From assembly GCA_027622665.1 (NCBI GenBank), contig JAQBYT010000019.1:1-64000 (forward strand): a DNA stretch of 64,000 bases, written 5' to 3'. Shown here piece by piece: positions 18,657 through 28,065 of this stretch. The number at the start of each line of letters is the position of its first letter. Within the stretch, counting starts at the first letter, position 1. The notes below the pieces were generated by a model. It had not been told where the DNA came from. It saw nothing but the letters and a program-made list of their open reading frames with translations, and searched no databases. The position numbers and the translations under genes are program-made. The DNA comes from Verrucomicrobiota bacterium. Its GTDB lineage: Bacteria; Verrucomicrobiota; Verrucomicrobiia; Opitutales; Seribacteraceae.

Positions 18657-19108
18657 GATATCGGGGGATTGTTTATTTTGTTTTTTCGATAGTTTTGCTT
18701 TTTGGTTCAAGCTGTGGATCCGATACCGAAACACAACCTGAACCAAAATCCGAATGGAAGGGAAATACTTCAGCGTTTACTGAGGATTTTGAGTTTCGTG
18801 GGGCAGCAGCTGATTCGCTTTTGTATGAAAAGAGCCAAGAAATTCCCTTTTCCGGAAGCTTGGAAAGAAAACAGGCTAACGGTGACCGATCCAAGGAACA
18901 CTATTCGAAGGGCGTTAAACACGGATTGCAAGTTAATCATTCATTAAGTGGAGCACGCTCCGAAGCCACTTTTGTGGATGGGGTGCTTCATGGCGATGTG
19001 GTGACTTATGACCGCCAAGGTCGCGAAAGGACTCGCATGCACTATGTTCGTGGAACTTTAGCGAGATTGCTGCCTCCCTTCGAAACCAACGGCAACAATA
19101 CCGAATGA
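18653..19108 (+). CDS. Putative lipoprotein with MORN-like repeats
   Basis: Basic + hydrophobic N-terminus ending GSSC; 'PFSG...GVKHG...DGVLHG' repeats; start overlaps upstream stop. Confidence 0.65.
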   Translation: MRYRGIVYFVFSIVLLFGSSCGSDTETQPEPKSEWKGNTSAFTEDFEFRGAAADSLLYEKSQEIPFSGSLERKQANGDRSKEHYSKGVKHGLQVNHSLSGARSEATFVDGVLHGDVVTYDRQGRERTRMHYVRGTLARLLPPFETNGNNTE

Positions 19109-19118
19109 GAAGCGAAAG

Positions 19119-20705
19119 CTATCCTTTACGTTTTCTTGGTCTGACGAATTCTCTGGTGGCTCTTCTCGCCGCCCTTTTCCTGCTGCTTTCGGAGGCGTTT
19201 TCATCCTCTATCAGCGGAAGAAAAATATAGAATGTGGTGCCTGAGCCGATTATGCTTTGGAAACCGATCAACCCCTTGTGGTCTTCGACGAAGAGTTTCG
19301 CATTGTATAAGCCAAAACCCGAACCCGAATCGGATTCCTTTGTGGTGAAAAAGGGATCCATAATCTTGTCGAACAGTTCTTCCGGTATGCCTCCACCGTC
19401 ATCTTTCAACGCGATTTCGGCTCCGAGAGCAGGGGCTTTGCTAGATCCTCCATAAGCGCCGTCCATTATCTTTTCACCTCGCTTCACTCGGCGAAGTGAT
19501 ATCTTGAGACGCCCCGTCCTGCCGATGGCATCACGGGCATTGATGGCGAGGTTTAGAATGACTTGCCGAAAACCGGTTTCTTCTAGATAAGCTGGGAGAG
19601 TTTCCGAACCGAAATCCGTAACGACGCGAGCGCTTCTTGGAATAATGATGCCCACCAGATCCATCTGGTCTTTGAGGAGTAAGCGCAGGTCGTGTACGGC
19701 TCTTGGGGTAGAGGTCTCGCGATGCAGGTCGATGATTCGGCGAACCAGTTTTTGAGCTTGCATCGCGCTTTTTTTGATTTGGCCCATGCCGTTGGCCATC
19801 GGATCGTCTTTTTCAAGCATTCCATGGTACAGTTCGCTGATCGAAAATATGCCTGCCATGAGGTTGCTGAAGTCGTGGACCAAACCATTTGTTAAGGTCG
19901 CCAAGCCTTCTCGCCATACGGAGTGCGAAAGTCGGTGTTCGGCAATGGATTGTCTGGTGACATCCAAAAATACCCCATCGTAGCTCAACAGTTTACCGTT
20001 TGAAGTTATACTTGGAGTCCTGATGTCCATGAGGTAGATCGTCTGACCGAGGGGAGGGATCTTGACCCGATAGATAAAGCTAAAAGTTCCCTGTCGCTCA
20101 CTGTGTTCATTCAGTCGTTTAAGGTAATATTCCCTATCTTGTTCGAAAATGAAATTGAGGAATAATCCGCCGTTGCGAAGAAATCCTTCGTGGTCATTTG
20201 GAAAGAGATTCTGAATCCCTTTGCTCAGATAGCTAAACGAGAGATCGGGACGTTGAGTGAAGAAAATGCCCGGAAAATTCACCAAGTAGTCCGCCAGGCG
20301 GGCTTCCGCCTTTTGCAGACGAAGGAATATTGCCGAGAAGGTTCGAGGGTCGTTGGGTATATCCCCCACAAAGGCTTTCTTGAGGGATTCGTGGGGTGAC
20401 AGAGATGGACTCATGACCACAGACGAAAAATCATCATAAGGCACGCAATTGACTTGGATTCCCGAGGCGGTGGCAATCCCTTCGGCAAACAGCGGCAAGA
20501 AACATGTGAATTCTCGAATATGAAAACGGGAGGGGAGTACCTCTTCCCATCCTGGTTCTCTCTCCAGTAGCAGTGAGCGAAGATTTAAGCCGTTGCCTTC
20601 GCCTTCGCGTAAACCTAACCAATCCCCAAGGGCATCCTGATGCCTGATGATTTTTCCCGCCTTGTCGATGGCGATCTGGGTGTTCTCAAAGGGTGGTGGT
20701 TTCAA
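19119..20705 (-). CDS. Soluble PAS-domain sensor histidine kinase without receiver domain
   Basis: H-box GLVHDFSNLM, N-box FRQVILNLAINARDA, DDGGGI, DPFFTTK, GSGFGL; PAS-like segment ending DGVFLDVT; no obvious TM helix; TTG start uncertain. Confidence 0.92.
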   Translation of the reverse strand: MKPPPFENTQIAIDKAGKIIRHQDALGDWLGLREGEGNGLNLRSLLLEREPGWEEVLPSRFHIREFTCFLPLFAEGIATASGIQVNCVPYDDFSSVVMSPSLSPHESLKKAFVGDIPNDPRTFSAIFLRLQKAEARLADYLVNFPGIFFTQRPDLSFSYLSKGIQNLFPNDHEGFLRNGGLFLNFIFEQDREYYLKRLNEHSERQGTFSFIYRVKIPPLGQTIYLMDIRTPSITSNGKLLSYDGVFLDVTRQSIAEHRLSHSVWREGLATLTNGLVHDFSNLMAGIFSISELYHGMLEKDDPMANGMGQIKKSAMQAQKLVRRIIDLHRETSTPRAVHDLRLLLKDQMDLVGIIIPRSARVVTDFGSETLPAYLEETGFRQVILNLAINARDAIGRTGRLKISLRRVKRGEKIMDGAYGGSSKAPALGAEIALKDDGGGIPEELFDKIMDPFFTTKESDSGSGFGLYNAKLFVEDHKGLIGFQSIIGSGTTFYIFLPLIEDENASESSRKRAARRATREFVRPRKRKG

Positions 20706-20900
20706 GCTGTTTACCTAGTATGATGATTTTCATATCATACACTCTTCATGGGGTTGGTAGGCAAGGAAAAGACTCGCCGTTCCTCCTTTTGGGGGTAGGG
20801 CGGAAAAATGCGCCTTTAAAGTGTTCCTTCTGCCTTCCCTCGGATGAGCGAAATTTTACTAACCCTTTTATGTCAATGGATTACCAATGTGGTGAATATG

Positions 20901-20917
20901 TTGGCGCGAGGATTGCA
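20901..20917 (+). promoter_or_regulatory. sigma54 (-24/-12) promoter for the flgB operon
   Basis: TTGGCGCGAGGATTGCA: GG-N10-GC with TGGC and TTGC context, just upstream of flgB. Confidence 0.8.
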
Positions 20918-20931
20918 ACGTGTGCGTCGAC

Positions 20932-21321
20932 ATGGCAGAACTCCTCGACAATCTTTACAACCAAGAAAATTATCTCATCTCGAAGAAACTTCTCGATGCC
21001 ACCCATCTTCGGCACGAGGCACTTTCGAATAATTTAGCAAACGTAGAGACCCCCGGCTTCAAGCGCAGAGATTTGCCCAAGACTTTTGCCGTTGAACTTC
21101 GTCGTGCAGTGGAACGGAAGGATTTTCGTCGAGTCAAGGCCTTGTTGCCACGGAGTCTTGAGGACAGGCAAGCTAAGCCCGTTCGTATGGATGGAAACAC
21201 CGTTCAATTGGACGAGGAATTGCTTGCAATGAACCGAAACGCTCTGAACTACGAGTACCTGAGTCATGCCGTCGGCGGTTCGATAAAGACACTGAACTTA
21301 GCCATTAGAGGACGAGTGTAA
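20932..21321 (+). CDS. flgB: Flagellar basal-body rod protein FlgB
   Basis: LRHEALSNNLANVETPGFK; DGNTVQLDEE; start at ATG 20932. Confidence 0.93.
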   Translation: MAELLDNLYNQENYLISKKLLDATHLRHEALSNNLANVETPGFKRRDLPKTFAVELRRAVERKDFRRVKALLPRSLEDRQAKPVRMDGNTVQLDEELLAMNRNALNYEYLSHAVGGSIKTLNLAIRGRV

Positions 21322-21373
21322 TGTTTCTCCTGTTTTTTCACCCTACCTTTTAAATTAACAAGAAATTCAGATT

Positions 21374-21814
21374 ATGGGCATGAATCTTATACCAGGAATT
21401 GAGTCAACGGGAAGTGCTCTTTCCGCGGAAAAAATCCGCTTGGAAATTATCGCTCAGAATGTTGCGAATGCCAATACCACGCAGGATGCCAGTGGTCACG
21501 TTTATCGTCGCAAGGAAGTGGCTTTTGAGGAATACGTGAAATCTCCTGACCGCCGTATCCCCGGGTATGTGGACGAAAATCTCTATCGTGGGGTAAAGGT
21601 TACTGATGTATACGATGACATGACTCCCGGGCGTATGATTTATAATCCGGGTCATCCTCATGCCAATGACGATGGAATGGTTCAGATGCCAAATGTCGAT
21701 ATTTCTCGTGAAATGGTCGACCTAATAAGTGCATCCCGCGCGTACGAAGCTAATCTTACGGTGGTAAAGACATCTCGTCGCATGGCTCAGCAAGCGATCG
21801 CAATCGGAAAGTAG
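21374..21814 (+). CDS. flgC: Flagellar basal-body rod protein FlgC
   Basis: IAQNVANANTT...YRRK...YNPGHPHA..GMVQMPNVD...SRAYEAN. Confidence 0.96.
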   Translation: MGMNLIPGIESTGSALSAEKIRLEIIAQNVANANTTQDASGHVYRRKEVAFEEYVKSPDRRIPGYVDENLYRGVKVTDVYDDMTPGRMIYNPGHPHANDDGMVQMPNVDISREMVDLISASRAYEANLTVVKTSRRMAQQAIAIGK

Positions 21815-21843
21815 AACTCAAGGCACAACTTTAATTCTTAGCT

Positions 21844-22260
21844 ATGAACGAAATTGCATCACTTCCAAGCATGTCGGAACTGCTTTCGCAGAATCCTAAT
21901 CTGAAACCTAACGCTTCCGTCGACCGCTTTATGCAGTCTAGTGAAATGGGAGCCAACCTCGGTTCCGAGTTCTTGCAAAATACCGGTGTGGCGACTGGTG
22001 TTGACGCCATCGACATCGATCCGGTCAATCGGGTAACTGCACCTGGTTTTGCCGAGATGTTCGAGAAGTTCATCCAAGGTGTCGATCGAAAGAAGAAGGT
22101 CGCCGCCAGTGAGGTACAGGATCTGATCTTGGGCAAGTCCGACAATGTCCATGAAGCCATGGTCAAAGTGCAGGAAGCGGGAGTTGCCTTTAATTTAATG
22201 ATCCAAGTCCGTAACAAACTTGTGGAATCCTACAAGGAACTAATGCGCATGCAGGTCTAG
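21844..22260 (+). CDS. fliE: Flagellar hook-basal body complex protein FliE
   Basis: GKSDNVHEAMV...QVRNKLVESYKELMRMQV. Confidence 0.95.
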   Translation: MNEIASLPSMSELLSQNPNLKPNASVDRFMQSSEMGANLGSEFLQNTGVATGVDAIDIDPVNRVTAPGFAEMFEKFIQGVDRKKKVAASEVQDLILGKSDNVHEAMVKVQEAGVAFNLMIQVRNKLVESYKELMRMQV

Positions 22261-22324
22261 CCCTATTGGACGCTCTTTAATTTGTCTTAAACTTTAAGCA
22301 TAACTGTACTTTATTAAAAATAAT

Positions 22325-23890
22325 ATGAAAGAACGCTTTGATAAACTTTTAGAAATTTGGACCAGAGTTAGCATAGGCCAGAAAATTTCTCTGGTCGTTG
22401 CCGTCTTGGGGATTATTGGCCTGAGTGTCGGCATAATGAACTGGACGGCTGGCGGAACGAGCATGCGTCCCCTTGTGAGTGGTTCCGATTCCAAGGACTT
22501 GGGTGAGGTTGTGGAATTGTTGAAGAGCAATCAAATCGAGTACGAGATAAGTGAATCGGGGGACTCGATTCTGGTTCCTGAAGATAAGATTGCTGGAATG
22601 CGCATGGAGATGGCGATGAAAGGCTTACCCAAAAGCGGTGATGTCGGGTACGAGATTTTCGACGAGGGTAATTTCGGCATCAGTGACTTTGTTCAGCGAA
22701 CCAATTATACACGCGCCATACAAGGTGAACTGGCCCGGACTATTTCGGCAATGGATGCTGTTCGTTCGGCCAAGGTGTTTGTTGTCCAACCCGAAAACAA
22801 TCTACTTTTGAGTGAGGATCCCAACGATAGACCCAGTGCCACCGTATATATTGATACCGGAGGGAACACGTTGGACAAATCGCAGGTGAATGCGATCCAG
22901 TTTTTAGTGGCCCGTGCTTCCAAGGGAGTGAACAAGAGTTTCGTTACCGTGGTGGACAATCAGGGCAATACACTTTCCGATGAAGACGACGGTGGTGGTG
23001 TTGCCGGTGTTGCCGGTCAAATGATGAAAGCCTATGAGGCGCAAGAGCGTCGTTTGGAGAGGAAAATCGAGACGATGTTGAGCAAGATCGTTGAAGGAGG
23101 GGTAGTTGCCCGAGTCTCCGTGAATCTTCACACCGAGTCATTGACTACACTAAACGAGGAGTTCGATCCTGATGGGCAGGTGCCGCGCACGCAAACTACC
23201 GATAAGGACGACGCAACCACTGTCGAGACCCAGCCCCAGAATACGGCCACCGGCATGGGGGCAAACGTTCCGAACGTAAGTCAAGATGCCACACAGCAGG
23301 ATCCGATCATGGCGGAGAGCAAGGAGAAGCGCGAATCGGCGACGACTGATTTCGAAATCAGTCGGACTGTCAAGGAAAGCGTTCAGGAACCCGGCTCGAT
23401 TGTTGGCCGTAGTGCGGCTGTGCTTATCGCAAGAGGAGAGCAACCGCGCTCTGATAATGAAATGACTCAAATAAAAGAGTCAGTAGTCAACGCAATAGGA
23501 GTTCGATTTGACGAAAAAATCGGTATCACGGATATCCCGACTTATGTAACGGTTCACGAAGTTGATTTCGTTTCTACCACCGGGGGACTTGCGGGAGAAA
23601 CCCTCAATGAATTTCAAAACTTTATCGATACTTGGGGACCCTATCTCAAAAATATTCTTGGAGTGGTCCTCGCCATTGCCATTTTGATTGTTTTCGTCAG
23701 GATGGTTAAGAAGTTTAAGCCGAGTGATGCAGAGGTGCAAGTGCTCGACGAAGTCGATGCCGATGCACTTGCAGGCGCCCGCTCTCTAGGTGGTGGATTA
23801 ACTCCCGAATTGCTTAACGATTTGATACAGGAAAAGCCGGATAACGTCGGCACCGCCTTGAAACGATACTTGGAAACAGGTGTCAGTTAA
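22325..23890 (+). CDS. fliF: Flagellar M-ring protein FliF
   Basis: Two TM segments; GYEIFD..FGISDF..NY.RAIQGELARTI; PSATV. Confidence 0.95.
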   Translation: MKERFDKLLEIWTRVSIGQKISLVVAVLGIIGLSVGIMNWTAGGTSMRPLVSGSDSKDLGEVVELLKSNQIEYEISESGDSILVPEDKIAGMRMEMAMKGLPKSGDVGYEIFDEGNFGISDFVQRTNYTRAIQGELARTISAMDAVRSAKVFVVQPENNLLLSEDPNDRPSATVYIDTGGNTLDKSQVNAIQFLVARASKGVNKSFVTVVDNQGNTLSDEDDGGGVAGVAGQMMKAYEAQERRLERKIETMLSKIVEGGVVARVSVNLHTESLTTLNEEFDPDGQVPRTQTTDKDDATTVETQPQNTATGMGANVPNVSQDATQQDPIMAESKEKRESATTDFEISRTVKESVQEPGSIVGRSAAVLIARGEQPRSDNEMTQIKESVVNAIGVRFDEKIGITDIPTYVTVHEVDFVSTTGGLAGETLNEFQNFIDTWGPYLKNILGVVLAIAILIVFVRMVKKFKPSDAEVQVLDEVDADALAGARSLGGGLTPELLNDLIQEKPDNVGTALKRYLETGVS

Positions 23891-23933
23891 TCGCTAAATG
23901 TTCTAATCGGAGTAGCTAAAGGAGACAGGTTTA

Positions 23934-24980
23934 ATGGACGCAGAAGTCGAAGAGGAAGAAAGTATTCAGGATCGCTACCGGCGGATGTCGCGAGTACAGA
24001 AGTTGGCTTTGCTCATGATCGCGTTGGGTCCACAAGCCTCGGCTACCCTATTAAAGCGCTTTGAGTCCAAGGATTCCGAGAACATCTGCAAGGAAATCGG
24101 TAATTTCCCTATAGTTGATCAAGAATTGCAGGATTGTGTGCTGGACGAATTTTCGGAAATCATCGAATCGAGTGTAAGCTCTAATCTTGGTGGAATGGCT
24201 TTCGCTCAGAAGACTTTGGAGTTAGCCCACGGAGATTACCGTGCAAACAATATGATGAACCGTATTGCGCCTGTTCGGGAATCACTCGATTTCATGGATG
24301 ACGTAAACGAGATGGAGTCGGGCCAAATCTACAATGTTCTTCGTTTCGAACAACATCAGACCATTGCTTTCGTTTTGGCTAACGTTGATTCCGATAAAAG
24401 TTCCGAAGTCTTACTTATGATGGCTCCCCATATTCAGGAGCAGGTCATTGAACGTATAGGTTCGATGGAGACCACTCCCGCGGAGCAAGTTCAACTCGTT
24501 GCAGATACTCTTGGCCAGCGTATGAGTAAGAAAGAACAGTCGCCACGCGTCAAGACTGGCGGAGTGAAGGCTGCGGCCGATCTTTTGAATTGGTTTGGTA
24601 AAGATGAGGGTAAGGAGCTTCTGAAAAACCTCGAAAAGAGAAACCCGAAACTTGGTTCATCTATTCGGCAGCGGATGTTCCGTTTTGAGGATCTTGTGCG
24701 TCTCAGTCCCGGCGATATTGGCAAAGTCGTTAAGGAAGTCGATCAGGACGATCTTATTGTTGCTCTCAAGAACGCTCCTCACGAACTAAAGAAGCTTATC
24801 TACACGACTATGTCGAAAAGGGCAGTTGAGGCGTTGGAGGAGCAACTCGAATTCCTTGGACCGAAACGTCTTTCCGAAGTCGAGGCAGCACAGGACCGAG
24901 TCATACAGGTCGTTCGCGAACTTGAGGAGGATGAGGAAATCATTCTGGATACCGGTGGAGGCGACGTTGTCGTACAGTAA
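23934..24980 (+). CDS. fliG: Flagellar motor switch protein FliG
   Basis: QKLALLMIALG, EQHQTIA, GGVKAAA, MFRFEDL, MSKRA...VEAAQ. Confidence 0.96.
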   Translation: MDAEVEEEESIQDRYRRMSRVQKLALLMIALGPQASATLLKRFESKDSENICKEIGNFPIVDQELQDCVLDEFSEIIESSVSSNLGGMAFAQKTLELAHGDYRANNMMNRIAPVRESLDFMDDVNEMESGQIYNVLRFEQHQTIAFVLANVDSDKSSEVLLMMAPHIQEQVIERIGSMETTPAEQVQLVADTLGQRMSKKEQSPRVKTGGVKAAADLLNWFGKDEGKELLKNLEKRNPKLGSSIRQRMFRFEDLVRLSPGDIGKVVKEVDQDDLIVALKNAPHELKKLIYTTMSKRAVEALEEQLEFLGPKRLSEVEAAQDRVIQVVRELEEDEEIILDTGGGDVVVQ

Positions 24981-25641
24981 GGTCATTTCTTTTGCCGAAC
25001 CCCCTAAGGCGTTTACCGTCGGTTTTGTTGGCGACCCTCCTGTTCCTGCCGGAGACGCAGTTGCCAATTCTCGGATTGCCCTAGAGCAAGGAAAGTCCGA
25101 GACCACCGCATTCTATCAAGAGGAAATTCGGAAACTTCGCTCCGAGTATGGTCAGAGGCAGAAGGACTTGCTCTCAGCCACTCAAGCTAAAGTGAATGGC
25201 GTGTTGGAGGAACTTGATCGCCGTTTGCCGGATTTAGTGATCGGTATTGCCGAACGGGTTCTAGGGCAGACGCCATTGGACCGCGAAACCGTGGAAGCCA
25301 TCATCAAAAATTTGGTGGCAGAGTTTTCCCATGATGATGAGAAGCTCGAAGTTTATCTTTGTGCCGATGACCTGAATCTACTCAAGGCTTTTGCCCGTGA
25401 TGATGAACCTGCTTCAACCGAAGGGGAGGGCGAAGAAAGCGGTTTTGCCGGAGCTATCGCAGGTATTTTCGAGGGACTGGACGGCGATGATGCCTTGCTC
25501 GAAGGCTATCCAAATGTTAGCTTTCATGAAGACCCCACTCTTTCTCGTGGCGATTGCCAAATAAAAAGTCGTTTTGGCCTTCTCGATGGACGCATCGCCA
25601 CCAAGCTTCGCAAATTCGAGACTGAACTCAAGGGAGAATGA
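24967..25641 (+). CDS. fliH: Flagellar assembly protein FliH
   Basis: Lies between fliG and fliI; C-terminal DPTLSRGDCQIKSRFGLLDG; TTG 24967 is preceded by GGAGG. Confidence 0.88.
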   Translation: MSYSKVISFAEPPKAFTVGFVGDPPVPAGDAVANSRIALEQGKSETTAFYQEEIRKLRSEYGQRQKDLLSATQAKVNGVLEELDRRLPDLVIGIAERVLGQTPLDRETVEAIIKNLVAEFSHDDEKLEVYLCADDLNLLKAFARDDEPASTEGEGEESGFAGAIAGIFEGLDGDDALLEGYPNVSFHEDPTLSRGDCQIKSRFGLLDGRIATKLRKFETELKGE

Positions 25642-26960
25642 TTGCTTCCATTGGAGAGCGTCTCGATTTGATGGAGTCCGGTATTCGCGGGGCTCGCCCA
25701 GCGGACAAAGTGGGATCCGTCCGGCGCGTCACTGGCCTAATCATTGAGTCTGAGGGACCCGAGGTAAGCATTGGTCAAACCTGTACTATTACCTCAACAC
25801 GCAACGATGAGCGTACGGAGGCTGAGGTTGTTGGTTTTCGGGACAATATGGTCCTTCTCATGGCTTTGGAAAGTGTTCACCGCATTCATCCTGGTTGTCA
25901 GGTGACGGCAAAACCGAACAGCAACGAGGTGCCTTGCGGATCTGCTTTGTTAGGGCGAGTAATCGACGGCATGGGGCGTCCGCTTGACGGTAAAGGACCT
26001 TTGCGAGCCGCATCTCGTGAAGGATTCTTCGCCGAACCGCCGAATCCTCTTTCTCGTGCTTTGATTCGGCAACCTTTTGCTACAGGCATCAAGGCGATAG
26101 ATTCTTTTGTCCCCCTCGGTCGCGGGCAAAGGATCGGTATTTTCGCTGGTTCTGGTGTAGGTAAATCAATCTTGCTTGGCATGGTCGCTCGCGGGTCGGA
26201 GGCGGATATAAATATAATTTCTCTGGTCGGAGAACGTGGCCGTGAACTTAGAGAATTCGTAGAGAACGATTTGGGACCCGAGGGCTTAGCTAAATCGGTT
26301 ATCGTGATATCCACCTCGGATCAACCCGCCCCCATGCGTATCAGAGCCTCCATTCTTGCGACTGCCATAGCGGAAGGTTTTAGGGACGAGGGTTCGAATG
26401 TTCTTTTATTGATGGATTCCGTGACTCGTTTTGCCATGGCCCAGCGAGAAATTGGTTTGTCGGTAGGCGAACCTCCCGCTTCTCGTGGATATGTCCCTTC
26501 TGTCTTTTCCATTTTGCCGAGGCTCTTGGAACGAACGGGAATGAGTGACGCAGGTGCCATTACCGCAATCTATACCGTTTTGGTGGAGGGCGATGATATG
26601 AATGAGCCCGTTGCTGACGCAGTTCGTGGCTTTTTGGACGGTCACATTGTGCTTAGTCGCAAGCTCGCTAACGCCAATCATTTTCCTGCCGTAGACGTGT
26701 TGCGGAGTGTTAGTCGCTTGGATAGAGCAGTTTGCACAGAGGAAGAAATGTCCCTTATCTCCGAGGCTCGCGACTTACTCGCTCTTTATCGCCACAATGA
26801 AGACCTCATCAACGTCGGGGCTTACGTAAAAAAATCAAATCCCCGCATCGATCTTGCCATCGAGAAATATCCCGGAGTGGAAAACTTTCTCAAGCAACGC
26901 TACGATGATCTCCACACCCGAGAGGACGCCTTCCGCAAGCTTTCGGCAATATTCTCGTGA
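25638..26960 (+). CDS. fliI: Flagellum-specific ATPase FliI
   Basis: GIFAGSGVGKS, GERGRE, DSVTRFAMAQREIG, DGHIVLSR. Confidence 0.97.
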   Translation: MIASIGERLDLMESGIRGARPADKVGSVRRVTGLIIESEGPEVSIGQTCTITSTRNDERTEAEVVGFRDNMVLLMALESVHRIHPGCQVTAKPNSNEVPCGSALLGRVIDGMGRPLDGKGPLRAASREGFFAEPPNPLSRALIRQPFATGIKAIDSFVPLGRGQRIGIFAGSGVGKSILLGMVARGSEADINIISLVGERGRELREFVENDLGPEGLAKSVIVISTSDQPAPMRIRASILATAIAEGFRDEGSNVLLLMDSVTRFAMAQREIGLSVGEPPASRGYVPSVFSILPRLLERTGMSDAGAITAIYTVLVEGDDMNEPVADAVRGFLDGHIVLSRKLANANHFPAVDVLRSVSRLDRAVCTEEEMSLISEARDLLALYRHNEDLINVGAYVKKSNPRIDLAIEKYPGVENFLKQRYDDLHTREDAFRKLSAIFS

Positions 26961-27406
26961 GAGCTTTCCATTTTCGTTTGCAAACCTTACTCAACCTTCG
27001 CGAGATGGCTCGTGAGGAAGCATTGTCCGCTTATGCTAATGCAATTCGCCAGCGCGAGTTGAATGAAGAAAAACTTGCCGATTGCATCAGTCGCTTGGAT
27101 GAGTTGCGCGAGGCAGTAGCTGCCTGTAGGGCAAAGAGTTTCACAGGTGCAGAGCAAGCCAACTTTCAGCAGGCTGTAAATCTTGCGAAAGAGCGCTTGC
27201 TACGACAAAGAAACAAGGCGAACCGTGTCAAGCGAGTAGAGGAAAAGGCCCGCACCTCCTATGTTAAGGCGGATGGATACGAGAAAAGTCTATCAAACCT
27301 TAAAGCACGTAGGCAAGAAGACCATTTTCATTTGGAATTAAAAAAAGAGGAACGCGAACTTGAAGACGTGATTGGAGCCAGATACGCTCTCAAACCTACA
27401 ACCTGA
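26957..27406 (+). CDS. fliJ: Flagellar export protein FliJ
   Basis: MRAFHFRLQTLLNLRE...EERELED; coiled coil; follows fliI. Confidence 0.9.
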   Translation: MRAFHFRLQTLLNLREMAREEALSAYANAIRQRELNEEKLADCISRLDELREAVAACRAKSFTGAEQANFQQAVNLAKERLLRQRNKANRVKRVEEKARTSYVKADGYEKSLSNLKARRQEDHFHLELKKEERELEDVIGARYALKPTT

Positions 27407-27414
27407 AACCACCT

Positions 27415-28065
27415 ATGAATGTACCTCCAGCTATAATTATCGTCGTAGCCGTCCTTTTGTCATTTGTTGGCTCCGGCACCCTTGTTTTGATGAACAAGGA
27501 TGCGCTCTTCAAGGAAAAGCCAGAAATCAAGGCCGAATTCACCAGTGTGGAGTTCGATGCGGATGACACCAGTTATTCTCCACAGGAAACTCACTCTATG
27601 AATCAACTCTCCAAAGAGCTGAATGCCCTTAGGGAGGAACTGCTTGAACGCCAGCGAGACCAAGATGCTCGCGAATCAGCCATCGCTCTTGATTTTCAAG
27701 AACTGGGAAAGCAGAAAAAGGAACTTGAAGATTTGAGAACGAACTTGAAGAGCGAGATGACGAGTTTTCGGGATCAGCAAAATACTGAGTTAGATGGGGA
27801 AGGCTTGAAAATCGCCAAGGACGCGGCGAAGCGTTGGATTGTAATGGGGCCTGAAGTGGCGACCAAGGAATTGCAACAATGGGCTTTGAACGAAAAGTTC
27901 GAGGAGGCATTGACGATCTTTGAATTGATGAAAGCCCAAGAAAAAGCTCCAATGATTGCTTTCATGCATAATAGCGACGATGATGATCTTATACAGTTGG
28001 CCAATGCATTGACCATGCGGGATCGTACTCTTGCCCCCGCGGGTTTGGGACTCGGTGCAAATTGA
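27415..28065 (+). CDS. Membrane-anchored coiled-coil flagellar protein (MotE/FlbB/YlxF-like)
   Basis: N-terminal TM, long coiled coil, 'MGPEVA...FELMKAQEKAPMI' resembling the MgtE-N-like tail; position between fliJ and fliK. Confidence 0.6.
   Translation: MNVPPAIIIVVAVLLSFVGSGTLVLMNKDALFKEKPEIKAEFTSVEFDADDTSYSPQETHSMNQLSKELNALREELLERQRDQDARESAIALDFQELGKQKKELEDLRTNLKSEMTSFRDQQNTELDGEGLKIAKDAAKRWIVMGPEVATKELQQWALNEKFEEALTIFELMKAQEKAPMIAFMHNSDDDDLIQLANALTMRDRTLAPAGLGLGAN

Noticed and set aside
20734..20764. sigma70 promoter for the kinase on the minus strand (TTGCCT-N19-TATGAT)
   Set aside because: The 19-nt spacer is too long to call with confidence
21820..21836. AGGCAC upstream of fliE (and GGGCAC upstream of motB) as sigma54 sites
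   Set aside because: No GC at the -12 position
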